A DNA stretch of 64,000 nt, from positions 123,686-187,685 of the forward strand of contig NZ_JAIXZS010000083.1 of assembly GCF_027489515.1 (NCBI RefSeq), given 5' to 3'. Each line of letters opens with the position of its first letter. Positions within the stretch are counted from its first letter, which is position 1. Below, in pieces: positions 7,677-17,498 of this stretch. The notes under the pieces were generated by a model that saw only the letters and a program-made list of their open reading frames with translations, was not told where the DNA came from and made no database searches. The position numbers were made by a program, and so were the translations under genes. Source of the DNA: Novosphingobium sp. GTDB lineage: Bacteria > Pseudomonadota > Alphaproteobacteria > Sphingomonadales > Sphingomonadaceae.

Positions 7677-10115
7677 GTGACCAAGAAATCTTTCAAGACG
7701 ACACTGGCCAAACAGGCCCTGTTCGGTGCGACGATCCTGATGGGCAGCACCGCTTTTCCCGCATTGGCGCAGATTGCGCCAGAAGCTGCGGGTGACGCGC
7801 CGCAGGCGGCAGCGGTCGAGGACAATAGCGCCATCGTGGTGACCGCCACCCGGCGCGCGACGTCGCTGCAGGACGTGCCGATCAACATCACCGCGGTAAG
7901 CGCCGACCAGCTTGCGCGCCAGCGCATCGACGACGTGCGCGACATCGCCGACTTCACGCCTGGCATCACGATTGCGGACACCGGTCCGGGCTCGACCGGC
8001 ACAATCGTTCTGCGCGGCCTCAACGCCTCCGACTCTGACACGACCGGCGCAACCTATGACAACGCGCTGGGTGTCTATCTCGGCGAAGTCCCGCTCTACT
8101 TCGACTTCAAGATGCTCGATATCGCGCGCGTCGAGACGCTGCTCGGTCCGCAAGGCACGCTCTACGGTCTCGGTACGCTGGCGGGCGCCATCCGCAACAT
8201 CCCCAACCGTCCGGACACGACCAACTACAGCGGGGAAATGCACGGCCGTCTTTACGCCAAGAACCAGGCCTCGAAGGCCGGTTATCAGATCGACGGCGTG
8301 ATCAACATTCCGATCGTGAAGGACCACATCGCCTTCCGCTCGGCGACCGGCTACTATTTTGACCCGGGCTTCATCGATTATCCGCTGATCGTGAAGACGC
8401 CGGGCGTCTCCCTGCCTCAGGCGCCCCGCTCGCCCGCGATCACGCAGGCCTTCGCCGATGCAAACTTCGCCGGGCAGAAGGATCTCAACTATGAGAAGAC
8501 CTTCACCACCCGCAACCAGCTGCTCGTGCAGGTGACGCCCGACCTCTCGGTCGATTTCACTTACGCCTTCCAGCACACCAAGACCGGCGGCGGCCAGTAC
8601 AACAGCAACGGCGTGTTCGGCACCGGCAAGTATGAAAGCGCGGCCCGCTTTGCCGAGCCCGTGGATCGCCGCGCGCACCTCGCCAGCGTGGAGATCAACG
8701 CGAATGTTGCGGAAATCTTCGATCTTGTCGCCACCACGGCCTACACCCAAGTGAAGAACAAGCGGATCGGGGACAACACCGACCTCCTGCTCGATCTCGA
8801 CTATGACTACGAGCTGTTCCCTGCCTTCACCAGCTACAACGAGAGCGAAAACACCCGCAACCAGTTCAACAACGAGGTCCGCCTCGTCTCGACACATGGC
8901 GGGCCGTTCAGCTGGGTGCTTGGCGGGTTCTTCAACGAGCAGAAGCTGCAGGCCGATTACCGCGAACACGTACCGGGCCTGCCCGGCGTCGATCTGGTGC
9001 GTAACCCCGAGGAGATCGAGTACGCATCGTTCAACCGCGCCAAGATCAGCGAGCGCGCGGTGTTCGGCGAGGGTACGTTCAAGATCACGCCGGAATGGCA
9101 AGTCACGGCGGGCGGACGTCTGTTCAACTACACGTCGAAGGTTTCGGGGCGCGCGGTCACGCCGCTGCTGGGCGATCCCATCAGCCCCTATGCCCTCACG
9201 GCAGCCGGCGGGACGTCGCGCAAGGGCGGCAACGTGTGGAAGTTGAACACGTCATACAAGTTCTCGTCGGGCCTGATGCTCTACGCGACCTATAGCAAGG
9301 GCTATCGCATCGGCGGACCCAACACGGTTGCCCCTTGCGTGCTGCCGCTCAAGCCGCCGCCGTTCCAGAACGTCTGCGCGTTGCCGAACGAGCAGCAGTT
9401 TGGCCCGGACTCGACCAAGAACCTCGAGGTGGGTATCCGCGCCGAGCTGTTTGACCGCAAGCTGACCTTGAACATGAACGCGTTCAAGATCGATTGGGAC
9501 GGCATCCAGGTCGCCTCCGCCACGGTCAACGGCATCGTCGGCATCACGGTCAACGGCGGCAAGGCGAAGTCCGAAGGTTTCGAGACCTCGTTCCAGCTGC
9601 GGCCCATCGATGGTCTGTCGATCCAGGGGACCTACTCGTACACGAACGCAAGGCTGACGCAGGACGTTGCCAAGATCATCTCGGTGAACAGCCCGGCCGG
9701 CAAGTATCCCAGCTCGCCGATCCAACTCGACGCGCTGAGCGGTGACCGCCTGCCCGGCTCGACCCGGCACAGCGGCAGCCTTGGTATCAACTACACCAAG
9801 CCAATGCTGGGCGGTGATGTCACCGCCGACTGGACCGCGACCTATCGCGGCGACGTCGTGACGCGTCTTGGCTGGGACCGCGCCTTTGGTGACAAGCTGG
9901 ACGGCTTCATCCTGCACCGCGCTTCGCTGAGCTGGCAGAATGATACGTTCACGTTCGGTCTCTACGCCAACAACATCTTCAACAAGTACGCGGTGACAGC
10001 GATTTCCAACGACCGTTCGCGGATAGGTGTCAACGACGGGGTGCGCCTGCGCTACTTCCGCCGCACCGTGATCACCCCGCGTACTGTCGGACTGGAGTTC
10101 CGGGTGAAGTACTGA
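7677..10115 (+). CDS. TonB-dependent receptor
   Basis: Signal peptide, IVVTATRR TonB-box region, plug signature ETLLGPQGTLYG, aromatic C-terminus EFRVKY. Start uncertain (GTG 7677 or ATG 7626). Confidence 0.93.
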   Translation: MTKKSFKTTLAKQALFGATILMGSTAFPALAQIAPEAAGDAPQAAAVEDNSAIVVTATRRATSLQDVPINITAVSADQLARQRIDDVRDIADFTPGITIADTGPGSTGTIVLRGLNASDSDTTGATYDNALGVYLGEVPLYFDFKMLDIARVETLLGPQGTLYGLGTLAGAIRNIPNRPDTTNYSGEMHGRLYAKNQASKAGYQIDGVINIPIVKDHIAFRSATGYYFDPGFIDYPLIVKTPGVSLPQAPRSPAITQAFADANFAGQKDLNYEKTFTTRNQLLVQVTPDLSVDFTYAFQHTKTGGGQYNSNGVFGTGKYESAARFAEPVDRRAHLASVEINANVAEIFDLVATTAYTQVKNKRIGDNTDLLLDLDYDYELFPAFTSYNESENTRNQFNNEVRLVSTHGGPFSWVLGGFFNEQKLQADYREHVPGLPGVDLVRNPEEIEYASFNRAKISERAVFGEGTFKITPEWQVTAGGRLFNYTSKVSGRAVTPLLGDPISPYALTAAGGTSRKGGNVWKLNTSYKFSSGLMLYATYSKGYRIGGPNTVAPCVLPLKPPPFQNVCALPNEQQFGPDSTKNLEVGIRAELFDRKLTLNMNAFKIDWDGIQVASATVNGIVGITVNGGKAKSEGFETSFQLRPIDGLSIQGTYSYTNARLTQDVAKIISVNSPAGKYPSSPIQLDALSGDRLPGSTRHSGSLGINYTKPMLGGDVTADWTATYRGDVVTRLGWDRAFGDKLDGFILHRASLSWQNDTFTFGLYANNIFNKYAVTAISNDRSRIGVNDGVRLRYFRRTVITPRTVGLEFRVKY

Positions 10116-10254
10116 GCGAAGTACTTCGTTTGGGGGGATGACTGCACAATAGGGGGCGGGGTTGATCCTCGCCCCCGATTGCGCAATCCTGCTGCAGCAA
10201 AGGCTGGCAGCAGAACAGGATAACGAGCAACAACAGGCGAGGAGTTGCAGGGTC

Positions 10255-11145
10255 ATGAGCTTGGGCTTGAAGAAGCTGGCGGTCGATTGCCTTCCGCCCG
10301 CGACATTGGCGGCGGTGGTGGCATTCTGGTATTTCGCGCCTGCTGCAGTGGTCGCGAACCCGTGGACTTCGCTCATCGTCAACGCCGTTGTCACGGCATT
10401 CGTACTCGGCCTCGAACTCGTTTTCGAACGTCACGCCGGTTGGCGGATCAACCGCGAGGAGTTCTTCACCGATCTCTTCTACTTCGTGCTGATCAACACC
10501 GTGATCGGACGGATGGCCTATATCCTTTCCGAAGCACCGCTGCGTTCGCTCAAGGAATCCTGGGGCATCGCGACCCCATGGGTGACTGAGATGCCGTTCC
10601 TCGCCCAGGTCGCGCTTGTCGTGTTCCTGTGGGAATTCGGCCAGTATTGGATGCACCGGCTGATGCACAACTGGGAGCCCTTCTGGCTGACCCATGCACC
10701 GCACCACCACATCACGCAGCTCAATGCCATGAAGGGCGCTGTCGGAAACCCGATCGAGCTGTTCCTGATCAGCCTCGGCATCGTCGCCTTGCTCGACGTT
10801 TCCCCGGCGGCGTACCTCTGCGCGTTTGCCACGACCAACGTGATCGCAACTTATGCCCATGCCAACGTGAAGAGCGATCCGCCGCTGTTCTACAGCTTCT
10901 TCTTCACCACGATCCGCCACCACAGCTTCCACCATTCGGTGGGTTATGAAAACACCCGCTGCAACTATGGCAATTCGCTGATCCTGATCGACCGGATGTT
11001 CGGCACCTACAAGGAAGGTGAGGGCGTGCTTGTCGGACAGGACGACCGCCGGCGGCTGACGATCTGGGAGCAGTTCGTGTTCCCGTTCAAGCCGCTGATC
11101 GAGATGGTGGAGCGGCGCAAGGACAAGTCGTCCGCTGCCGGATAA
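10255..11145 (+). CDS. Sterol-desaturase / fatty-acid-hydroxylase family membrane di-iron enzyme
   Basis: Three His boxes HRLMH, HAPHH, HHSFHH plus transmembrane segments. ATG at 10255 has a GGAG RBS upstream. Confidence 0.85.
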   Translation: MSLGLKKLAVDCLPPATLAAVVAFWYFAPAAVVANPWTSLIVNAVVTAFVLGLELVFERHAGWRINREEFFTDLFYFVLINTVIGRMAYILSEAPLRSLKESWGIATPWVTEMPFLAQVALVVFLWEFGQYWMHRLMHNWEPFWLTHAPHHHITQLNAMKGAVGNPIELFLISLGIVALLDVSPAAYLCAFATTNVIATYAHANVKSDPPLFYSFFFTTIRHHSFHHSVGYENTRCNYGNSLILIDRMFGTYKEGEGVLVGQDDRRRLTIWEQFVFPFKPLIEMVERRKDKSSAAG

Positions 11146-11154
11146 ACCCGCGGC

Positions 11155-12726
11155 GTGAAGGCTGAACCAACCCGCATTGCCGCCGTCCGCCGCGCACTGG
11201 GGCGCAGCGATTTCGCGGCGGCGGAGCAGCTGGCGGCTAGCGTCGTGGCCGCCTTTCCCGAGGATGCCGAAGGCCGGTTCCTGCTTGGCATGGCGCGGGC
11301 AGAGGCTGGGCGCGTCGGGGCAGGGATCGCCGATATTGCCCGCGCGGTCGAACTTGACCCGCGAGGCAGCTACCGCGCGCAGTTGGCGCGGCTGCAGGTT
11401 ATGTTGCGGCAGGATGGGGAGGCTGCGCAGACGCTGGCGGCGGCCGAAAGCGCCTTGCCGGACGATGCGCTGGGCCGCGATACGATGGGCTGCGTCTATG
11501 CCCGGCTCGGCGAACACAAGGCGTCGGTGCCGCATTTTCGCGCGGCGGTGCAACTGGCTCCGGGCAACGTTTCGTTTCGCTACAATCTTGCCGCCGCGCT
11601 CAACTTCATCGGCGATACGGACGGCGCTGAGGTGGAGGCCGAAGCGCTGATCGCGCTCGATCCCGATTATGCGAGGGGCCATCACATGCTGGCCGGGCTT
11701 CGCAAGGTCAGTGCCGAGCGGAACCATGTCGAGCGGCTGACGGCGGCATTGGCGCGCGCGCAGGCAGCTGATGCACGGTTGCTTCTGGGCTATGCGCTGG
11801 CGAAGGAGCTCGAGGATATCGGCGAGCAGCAAGGGGCGTTCGCCCGGCTTGCTGAGACGAATGCCGAGCACCGGGCGCGGCTGCCTTATGTATTCACGCG
11901 CGACGGCGCCAATTTCGACGCGATCGAGCGGACCTGGCCGCGCCTAGTGCAGGCGCCGGTGCGGGGGGCTCCGCAGGATGCGCCGATCTTCGTGATCGGG
12001 ATGCCGCGCACCGGCACGACGCTGGTGGACCGCATCCTCTCCTCGCATCCCGAAGTGTGGAGCGCGGGCGAGCTGCAGGCGATGCCGCTGGCGGTGAAGA
12101 TGGCAGCAGGGACGCGCAGCCGCGTGGTGCTCGATCCCGAGACGCTGGAGGCAGCAGCGAGCGCCGATCTCGGCGCCATCGGGCGTGATTATCTGGCACG
12201 GGCGCGCACCCACGCCGGGGCGCGCGAGGGGCGTTTTGTCGACAAGTTTCCGGGGAACTTCCAGTACGCCGGGTTTATCGCGCGGGCGCTGCCCGAGGCG
12301 CGAATCGTGTGCCTCAGGCGCCATCCGCTCGATACGGTGCTGGCGAACTTCCGGAACCTCTTCGCGATCTCGTCGCGCTATTACGACTACAGCTACGACC
12401 TCATGGACATTGCGCGCTACTATGTGCGGTTCGATCGGCTGATGGCACTCTGGTGCGAGGCGCTGCCGGGCCGGATCCTCGAGCTTGGTTACGAGGATCT
12501 GGTGGCGGATCAGGAAGGCGGGACGCGCGCGCTGCTAGCGCATTGCGGGCTGGCATGGGATGCGGCCTGCCTCGATTTCCACCGCAACACCGCGCCGGTC
12601 TCAACCCCGAGCGCAGCGCAAGTGCGGCGGCCGATGTACAAGGATTCGGTGGCGCGCTGGACGAGGCACCGGGACACGCTGGCCCCGGTGATCGCATACT
12701 TCGAGATGGAAGGGATCGCTATCTAG
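11155..12726 (+). CDS. TPR-repeat-containing sulfotransferase family protein
   Basis: N-terminal TPR-like helices. 5'-PSB loop IGMPRTGTTLVDRIL, DKFPGNF, RHPLDT, and C-terminal TPSAAQVRRPMY. Confidence 0.85.
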   Translation: MKAEPTRIAAVRRALGRSDFAAAEQLAASVVAAFPEDAEGRFLLGMARAEAGRVGAGIADIARAVELDPRGSYRAQLARLQVMLRQDGEAAQTLAAAESALPDDALGRDTMGCVYARLGEHKASVPHFRAAVQLAPGNVSFRYNLAAALNFIGDTDGAEVEAEALIALDPDYARGHHMLAGLRKVSAERNHVERLTAALARAQAADARLLLGYALAKELEDIGEQQGAFARLAETNAEHRARLPYVFTRDGANFDAIERTWPRLVQAPVRGAPQDAPIFVIGMPRTGTTLVDRILSSHPEVWSAGELQAMPLAVKMAAGTRSRVVLDPETLEAAASADLGAIGRDYLARARTHAGAREGRFVDKFPGNFQYAGFIARALPEARIVCLRRHPLDTVLANFRNLFAISSRYYDYSYDLMDIARYYVRFDRLMALWCEALPGRILELGYEDLVADQEGGTRALLAHCGLAWDAACLDFHRNTAPVSTPSAAQVRRPMYKDSVARWTRHRDTLAPVIAYFEMEGIAI

Positions 12727-12732
12727 CCGGGC

Positions 12733-15132
12733 TTACCGGGCCGGACAGGGGATCGTCTCGCCGACGCCTTCAATGCTGGCGCCGCGCAGCGAGAGCACGA
12801 GACCCTTGTCCCCTGCAATGCGCAAGGGCGTGCCAACCGACTTGAAGTCCGCGCCGGCATCCTTGAAGCAGCGCAGCGGAATGCGCAGCGTGAGCGCGCC
12901 GGCGGACGGCGTTACCTTGAGTGTGGCGCCGGCCATTGTCACTGCGATGGGGCCGGCGGCGGCATCGAGACGGCCTTCCAGCTTCAGCGCGAACTCCTCG
13001 TCGAGCTGGCGCATGAGATCCACTGGCGGGCCATCGATGCCAATCGCGCCAGGCTCGGCCCATGAATATTGCCGCGCATCCTCCTGCGCACCGATATCGA
13101 CCGGCCGCTCGGCGATGCCGGGATCGAGGCTGAGGTGCCAGGGCGAGGGGACCTTGCCGAGCGCGATGTAGACGCCCTCGCTGGCCGAGGCGACGAGATC
13201 GACGTGCGGGTCTTCATTCACCGTGCCGACCATGGACTTGCTGGCGTAAGTCAGGCCGTAGCCAGTGGGGAACAGCGGGGTCTTGACCGGGGACACCGCG
13301 TCGGCGGGCCAGGGGAAGGGGAGCTTGCCGGTGAAGCCACGGGCCGGCTTGCCAGCCTTGCCAGCGACGAGGACGTCTGCAACGCCCTGGCCTTGCGTGC
13401 CGGGAAGCCAGGCCGCGACGAAAGCATCGGAGGCGTTGAGTTCTGTCCCGACGAACATCGGGCGGCCCGAGAGGAACACCGAGACGACCTTGATGCCCTG
13501 CGCCTTGAGCTTGGCCAGCAGGTCCTTCTCGCCCGCCTGTGCGCGGAAGGCGATGTTGGGCATGTCGCCCTGGAATTCGGCGTAAGGTTGCTCGCCATAG
13601 ACGACGACGGCGACATCAGGCCGATTGGCAAAGCTGCCATCGGCCGAGATTGCGGCGCTGCCGCCTGCGTCCTTGATGGCAGCGGCGATCGCGCGGCCAA
13701 TAGTCTGGCCCTTGGGGAAATCCGCCGCGGTCGTATCGGTGCCCTGCCAGGTGATCGTCCAGCCGCCGGCCTGCATGGCCATGCTGTCGGCACCCGGGCC
13801 GGTGATCAGGACTTTGGCGCCGGGCTTGAGCGGGAGAACGCTGCCGTTATTCTTGAGGAGGACGAGCGACTTGGCCGCCGCTTCGCGCGCTACGGCAAGG
13901 TGTGCATCGGCGCCGACCACGGACGGATTGCCGCGATCCACCGGGTTTGCGCCAAGCAGGCCGAGCTTGGCCTTGACGCGCAGGATGCGGCGGACGGCAT
14001 CGTCGATGCGCGCCATCGGGATCGTGCCGTCCTTCGCCTCGCGCACGGTGGCTTCGTAGAGGCCCTTCCAGCTGTTGGGCGCCATCGCGAGATCGAGCCC
14101 GGCGGTGAAGGTCTTGGCGCAATCGGTGACGGTGCAGCCGGGAATCTGGCCGTGGCCGTTCCAATCCCCGACGACGAGGCCCTGGAAGCCCATGCGGCCC
14201 TTGAGCACATCGGTGAGCAGCGACTGGTTGCCGTGATTCTTGGCTCCGTTCCAGCTCGAGAAGCTGGCCATCACTGTCAATGCACCCGCATTGATCGCGG
14301 GCGGATAGCCCTGCGCATGGCGGGCGACGAGTTCGCGTTCGGAAATCAGCGCATCACCCTGGTCCTTGCCGCCATCGGTGCCGCCATCGGCGAGGTAATG
14401 CTTCGCGGTGGCAGCGACGCGGTCGGCGGCGAGGGGCTTGCCGGGGATCAGCGGGCCTTGCAGGCCGATTGTCATGGCCTTGGCGTAGCTGGCGACGAGC
14501 GCGGGATCGGCGGCATATCCTTCGTAGCTGCGGCCCCAGCGCAGATCCTGCGGTACAGCAAGGGTGGGCGCAAAGGTCCAGTCGATGCCGCTGGCGGCGA
14601 CCTCGATGGCCGTCACTTCGCCGATGCGCCGGATCAGCGCAGGATCATGCGCCGCGCCGAGGCCGATGTTGTGCGGGAAGATCGTGGCGCTGGGGAGGTT
14701 GGAATGGCCGTGGACGGCATCGATGCCGAACAGCATGGGAATGCCCGCGCCCGCCTTGGCTGAAGCGGCGCGGAACGCACGGACCAGCTTTGCCCACTTG
14801 GCCGCGTCGGCGCGTTCATCGCCCCATGGGCCCGAATTGCCGCCCGCGAGGATCGAGCCGAGCGGGTACCTCGCAAGGTCTTCCGGCGTGATCGCGCTGA
14901 TGTCGGCCTGGATCATCTGGCCGACCTTCTGCTCGAGCGTCATCGCTGCGATCATGCGGGTAATGCGGCGCTCGGTCGCGGGCGTGGTGATCGCTGCCGG
15001 GCTGTGCGCAGCCGGCCAGAGCGCGGGGTGAGCGGTGCTGAAGGCATCAGCGGGGGCTGGCGGATTCGGGGCCGCAATGGCGCTTCCCGACGCCAGCAAC
15101 ATGGCTGCCATAAGTGCGCGCCGAACTGTCAT
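12733..15132 (-). CDS. GH3 beta-glucosidase / exo-1,3/1,4-beta-glucanase, secreted
   Basis: GIDAVHGH, WGRSYEG, ATAKHY, nucleophile region VVGDWNGH, YAEFQGD. Signal peptide from MTVRRAL (ATG 15132). Confidence 0.92.
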   Translation of the reverse strand: MTVRRALMAAMLLASGSAIAAPNPPAPADAFSTAHPALWPAAHSPAAITTPATERRITRMIAAMTLEQKVGQMIQADISAITPEDLARYPLGSILAGGNSGPWGDERADAAKWAKLVRAFRAASAKAGAGIPMLFGIDAVHGHSNLPSATIFPHNIGLGAAHDPALIRRIGEVTAIEVAASGIDWTFAPTLAVPQDLRWGRSYEGYAADPALVASYAKAMTIGLQGPLIPGKPLAADRVAATAKHYLADGGTDGGKDQGDALISERELVARHAQGYPPAINAGALTVMASFSSWNGAKNHGNQSLLTDVLKGRMGFQGLVVGDWNGHGQIPGCTVTDCAKTFTAGLDLAMAPNSWKGLYEATVREAKDGTIPMARIDDAVRRILRVKAKLGLLGANPVDRGNPSVVGADAHLAVAREAAAKSLVLLKNNGSVLPLKPGAKVLITGPGADSMAMQAGGWTITWQGTDTTAADFPKGQTIGRAIAAAIKDAGGSAAISADGSFANRPDVAVVVYGEQPYAEFQGDMPNIAFRAQAGEKDLLAKLKAQGIKVVSVFLSGRPMFVGTELNASDAFVAAWLPGTQGQGVADVLVAGKAGKPARGFTGKLPFPWPADAVSPVKTPLFPTGYGLTYASKSMVGTVNEDPHVDLVASASEGVYIALGKVPSPWHLSLDPGIAERPVDIGAQEDARQYSWAEPGAIGIDGPPVDLMRQLDEEFALKLEGRLDAAAGPIAVTMAGATLKVTPSAGALTLRIPLRCFKDAGADFKSVGTPLRIAGDKGLVLSLRGASIEGVGETIPCPAR

Positions 15133-15155
15133 TCTCACCCTTCCCGCTTTATTTC

Positions 15156-15169
15156 TGTGAACGTTCCCA
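15156..15169. promoter_or_regulatory. LacI-type operator TGTGAACGTTCCCA upstream of GH3
   Basis: 14-bp near-palindrome with central CG. It matches the two sites at 26386-26417. Confidence 0.7.
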
Positions 15170-15220
15170 ATAGCGTTCGTCGCATGAGAAAGCATCAAAA
15201 TCAAGCGGGGCTGTCAGATT

Positions 15221-16438
15221 TCATTGGTCTGTTTCGGAAGAGAGCCGGGACAGCAGCAAGGCTGCGACCAGTGCAAGCGCGGCAAACAGCAGAAAAAGGC
15301 CGGTAAAACCGAACCAGGGCACGAGCGCGAGAGTGAACCAAGGCATGACCAGCGAGGGTACGGTGTTGGTGAGATTGAACAGGCCAAGGTCGCGCCCGCG
15401 CCGGCCCGCGTCGGGCAGCGTGCGCAGCGTCTGCGCCGAATGCAGGGCAAGGAAGATCGAGGTGGAGAAACCGAACACGCCGTAGCTGAGCACCCCGGCC
15501 GGCACACTCTGCGCAAGCGCCATACCGACGAGGCCGACAGGCGCGACCAGCGTGCACAGCACAAGCGGCAGGAACGGATGGCCGCGCCGGTCCGCCCAGC
15601 GCCCTGCAAGGAGAGCCGCAGGGGCCGAGACGACAAGCACCGTGCTGAAGACGCGCGCGGTGAGGTGGTCGTCGACCGCAGGATTGATGGAGCGAAGCCA
15701 GAGGTAGAGGAACGAGAACAGGGCCGCCTCGGCGACCTGCACGAGGAGACGGGCCGCCCACATGAGCAGCGCCGCTCGCTTGCGCCGACGCGGCGGCGCG
15801 GATGCGGGCGGTGCTACCACCGCTGCCGTGCGGCTGCCGAGCAGCAGCGCCGGCAAGACAGCGGCGGCGACGCCGAGCGCGACGATCACGAGGCGGCCAT
15901 CGGGGGTGGCAAGGCCCGGTATGGTGACGAGCGCCCCTGCCAGAGCGCCAAGCCCGGGGGCAAAGGCAAGCAGTCCGCCGAGCAGACCCTTCTGGCTGTC
16001 GGGCACGCAGTCTGCCCCCCACGCAGCCAGCGGAGCGAGCATCATGTTGAGCCCGAGCTGCCACAGCACCACGACGGCGATGATATCGCGCAGGGTATGC
16101 ACCGAAGGCACCGCAAGCAGCAGTATGCAGGAGAGCGCAAGGCCGAGCGCTGCCCAAGGGCGGCGCGTGGCCGTGATGTCGCTCAGCCAGCCGAACAGGA
16201 TATGACCCAGGCTTGCCGAAATCGCCCCGCAGAACGCGATGGCTGAAAGCCAGACGATCGCCTGCTCCCCCGGCGCGAGCGCGGCAACCCGCACTGGGAG
16301 GAGGATGGTAAGAAAGGGTACATAGGCAATCGACCCGCCCGCCCACGCCAGCGCATAAAGCACCAGGAACAAGAGTGGCTGGCGGGAAGGGGGCTGGCCC
16401 AAGGGAAGTTCGCCGGGGCCGCCGGGCCTGTCAGACAC
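15221..16438 (-). CDS. MFS transporter (probable sugar importer)
   Basis: About 12 hydrophobic segments, with GWLSDITATRRPW and GRWADRRG MFS loop motifs. Confidence 0.88.
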   Translation of the reverse strand: MSDRPGGPGELPLGQPPSRQPLLFLVLYALAWAGGSIAYVPFLTILLPVRVAALAPGEQAIVWLSAIAFCGAISASLGHILFGWLSDITATRRPWAALGLALSCILLLAVPSVHTLRDIIAVVVLWQLGLNMMLAPLAAWGADCVPDSQKGLLGGLLAFAPGLGALAGALVTIPGLATPDGRLVIVALGVAAAVLPALLLGSRTAAVVAPPASAPPRRRKRAALLMWAARLLVQVAEAALFSFLYLWLRSINPAVDDHLTARVFSTVLVVSAPAALLAGRWADRRGHPFLPLVLCTLVAPVGLVGMALAQSVPAGVLSYGVFGFSTSIFLALHSAQTLRTLPDAGRRGRDLGLFNLTNTVPSLVMPWFTLALVPWFGFTGLFLLFAALALVAALLLSRLSSETDQ

Positions 16439-17495
16439 TCACGGTTTGCCTGGCAGGGGCGACCGAGCCGCGCTCGACGAGGCTCGCCGGGATCACCGTG
16501 AGCGCATCGTTGAGAACTTCGCCCTTCTGCGCCGCGATAATGAGCTCGACGGCCTTGGAGGCCGTCGCCGCGATGGGCTGGTCGATCGCGGTGAGCTGGG
16601 GCTGGGTGAACTGCATCATCGGCGTGTTGTCGAAGCTGATGAGCGAGAGATCGCGCGGCACGGCAAGCCCGGCCTGGCGGGCGACTTCGAGCGTCGCGAG
16701 CGCCATCTGGTCGTTGCTGGCGATGATCGCGGTCGGCGGCTCGGAGTGCGCAAGCAGCGCGCGGGCGGCGCGCTCGCCCGACGTGTAGGTAAAGTCGCCC
16801 GCGTGGAGCAGGCCCGCGGTGGCGAGGCCAGCCTCAGCCATCGCGGCCCGCCAGCCTTCGACGCGCCAACCGCTGAGATTGTATTCCGCCGCGCCCGCGA
16901 TGAAGCCGATTCGGCGGTGTCCATGCTCGACCAGATAGCGTGTCGCGGCGGCGGCTGCGCCTTCATCGTCCATCAGGATCGGCATGCCGGCATCGCCCGC
17001 CTTGGAACCGATCCGCGCAAAGGGGATCTGCTGCTGCGCAAGACAGCGCACGATTTGCGGATTGTCCGAGTGCGGCGGGGTGAGAATGATGCCATCGGGC
17101 TGCAGTGCGGCGATGGCGGCCAGGAGTTCGCGCTCGACGTGATCGGAATGCGTGTCGACCAGCTCGACGATCATCCGGTAGCCGTGTTCGGCGCACTTGA
17201 GCATACCGCCCAGCAGCATCTGGTCGACCCAGTCGGTGCCCTGCCGCGCGCGCCAGTCGGCGATCGTGCGGTCGCGGTCGTTGAGGGCAAGGATCAGGTA
17301 CGAGCGCGAACCGCTCATCCGCTGGGCTGCGATGGAAGGCACATAGCCGAGGCGCTTGATCGACTCGAGCACGCGCTCCTTGAGTTCGGGACGGACGTTG
17401 GGCTCGTTGTTGATGACGCGGCTGACCGTCTGGAGCGATACCCCGACGTCTGCCGCAACGTGCCTGATCGTGACCGCCTGACGACGCCTCGCCAT
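16431..17495 (-). CDS. LacI-family transcriptional regulator
   Basis: HTH VTIRHVAADVGVSLQTVSRVIN, hinge YVPSIAAQRM, C-terminal DLSLISFDN...LTAIDQP. Confidence 0.95.
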   Translation of the reverse strand: MARRRQAVTIRHVAADVGVSLQTVSRVINNEPNVRPELKERVLESIKRLGYVPSIAAQRMSGSRSYLILALNDRDRTIADWRARQGTDWVDQMLLGGMLKCAEHGYRMIVELVDTHSDHVERELLAAIAALQPDGIILTPPHSDNPQIVRCLAQQQIPFARIGSKAGDAGMPILMDDEGAAAAATRYLVEHGHRRIGFIAGAAEYNLSGWRVEGWRAAMAEAGLATAGLLHAGDFTYTSGERAARALLAHSEPPTAIIASNDQMALATLEVARQAGLAVPRDLSLISFDNTPMMQFTQPQLTAIDQPIAATASKAVELIIAAQKGEVLNDALTVIPASLVERGSVAPARQTVSV

Positions 17496-17498
17496 GCG

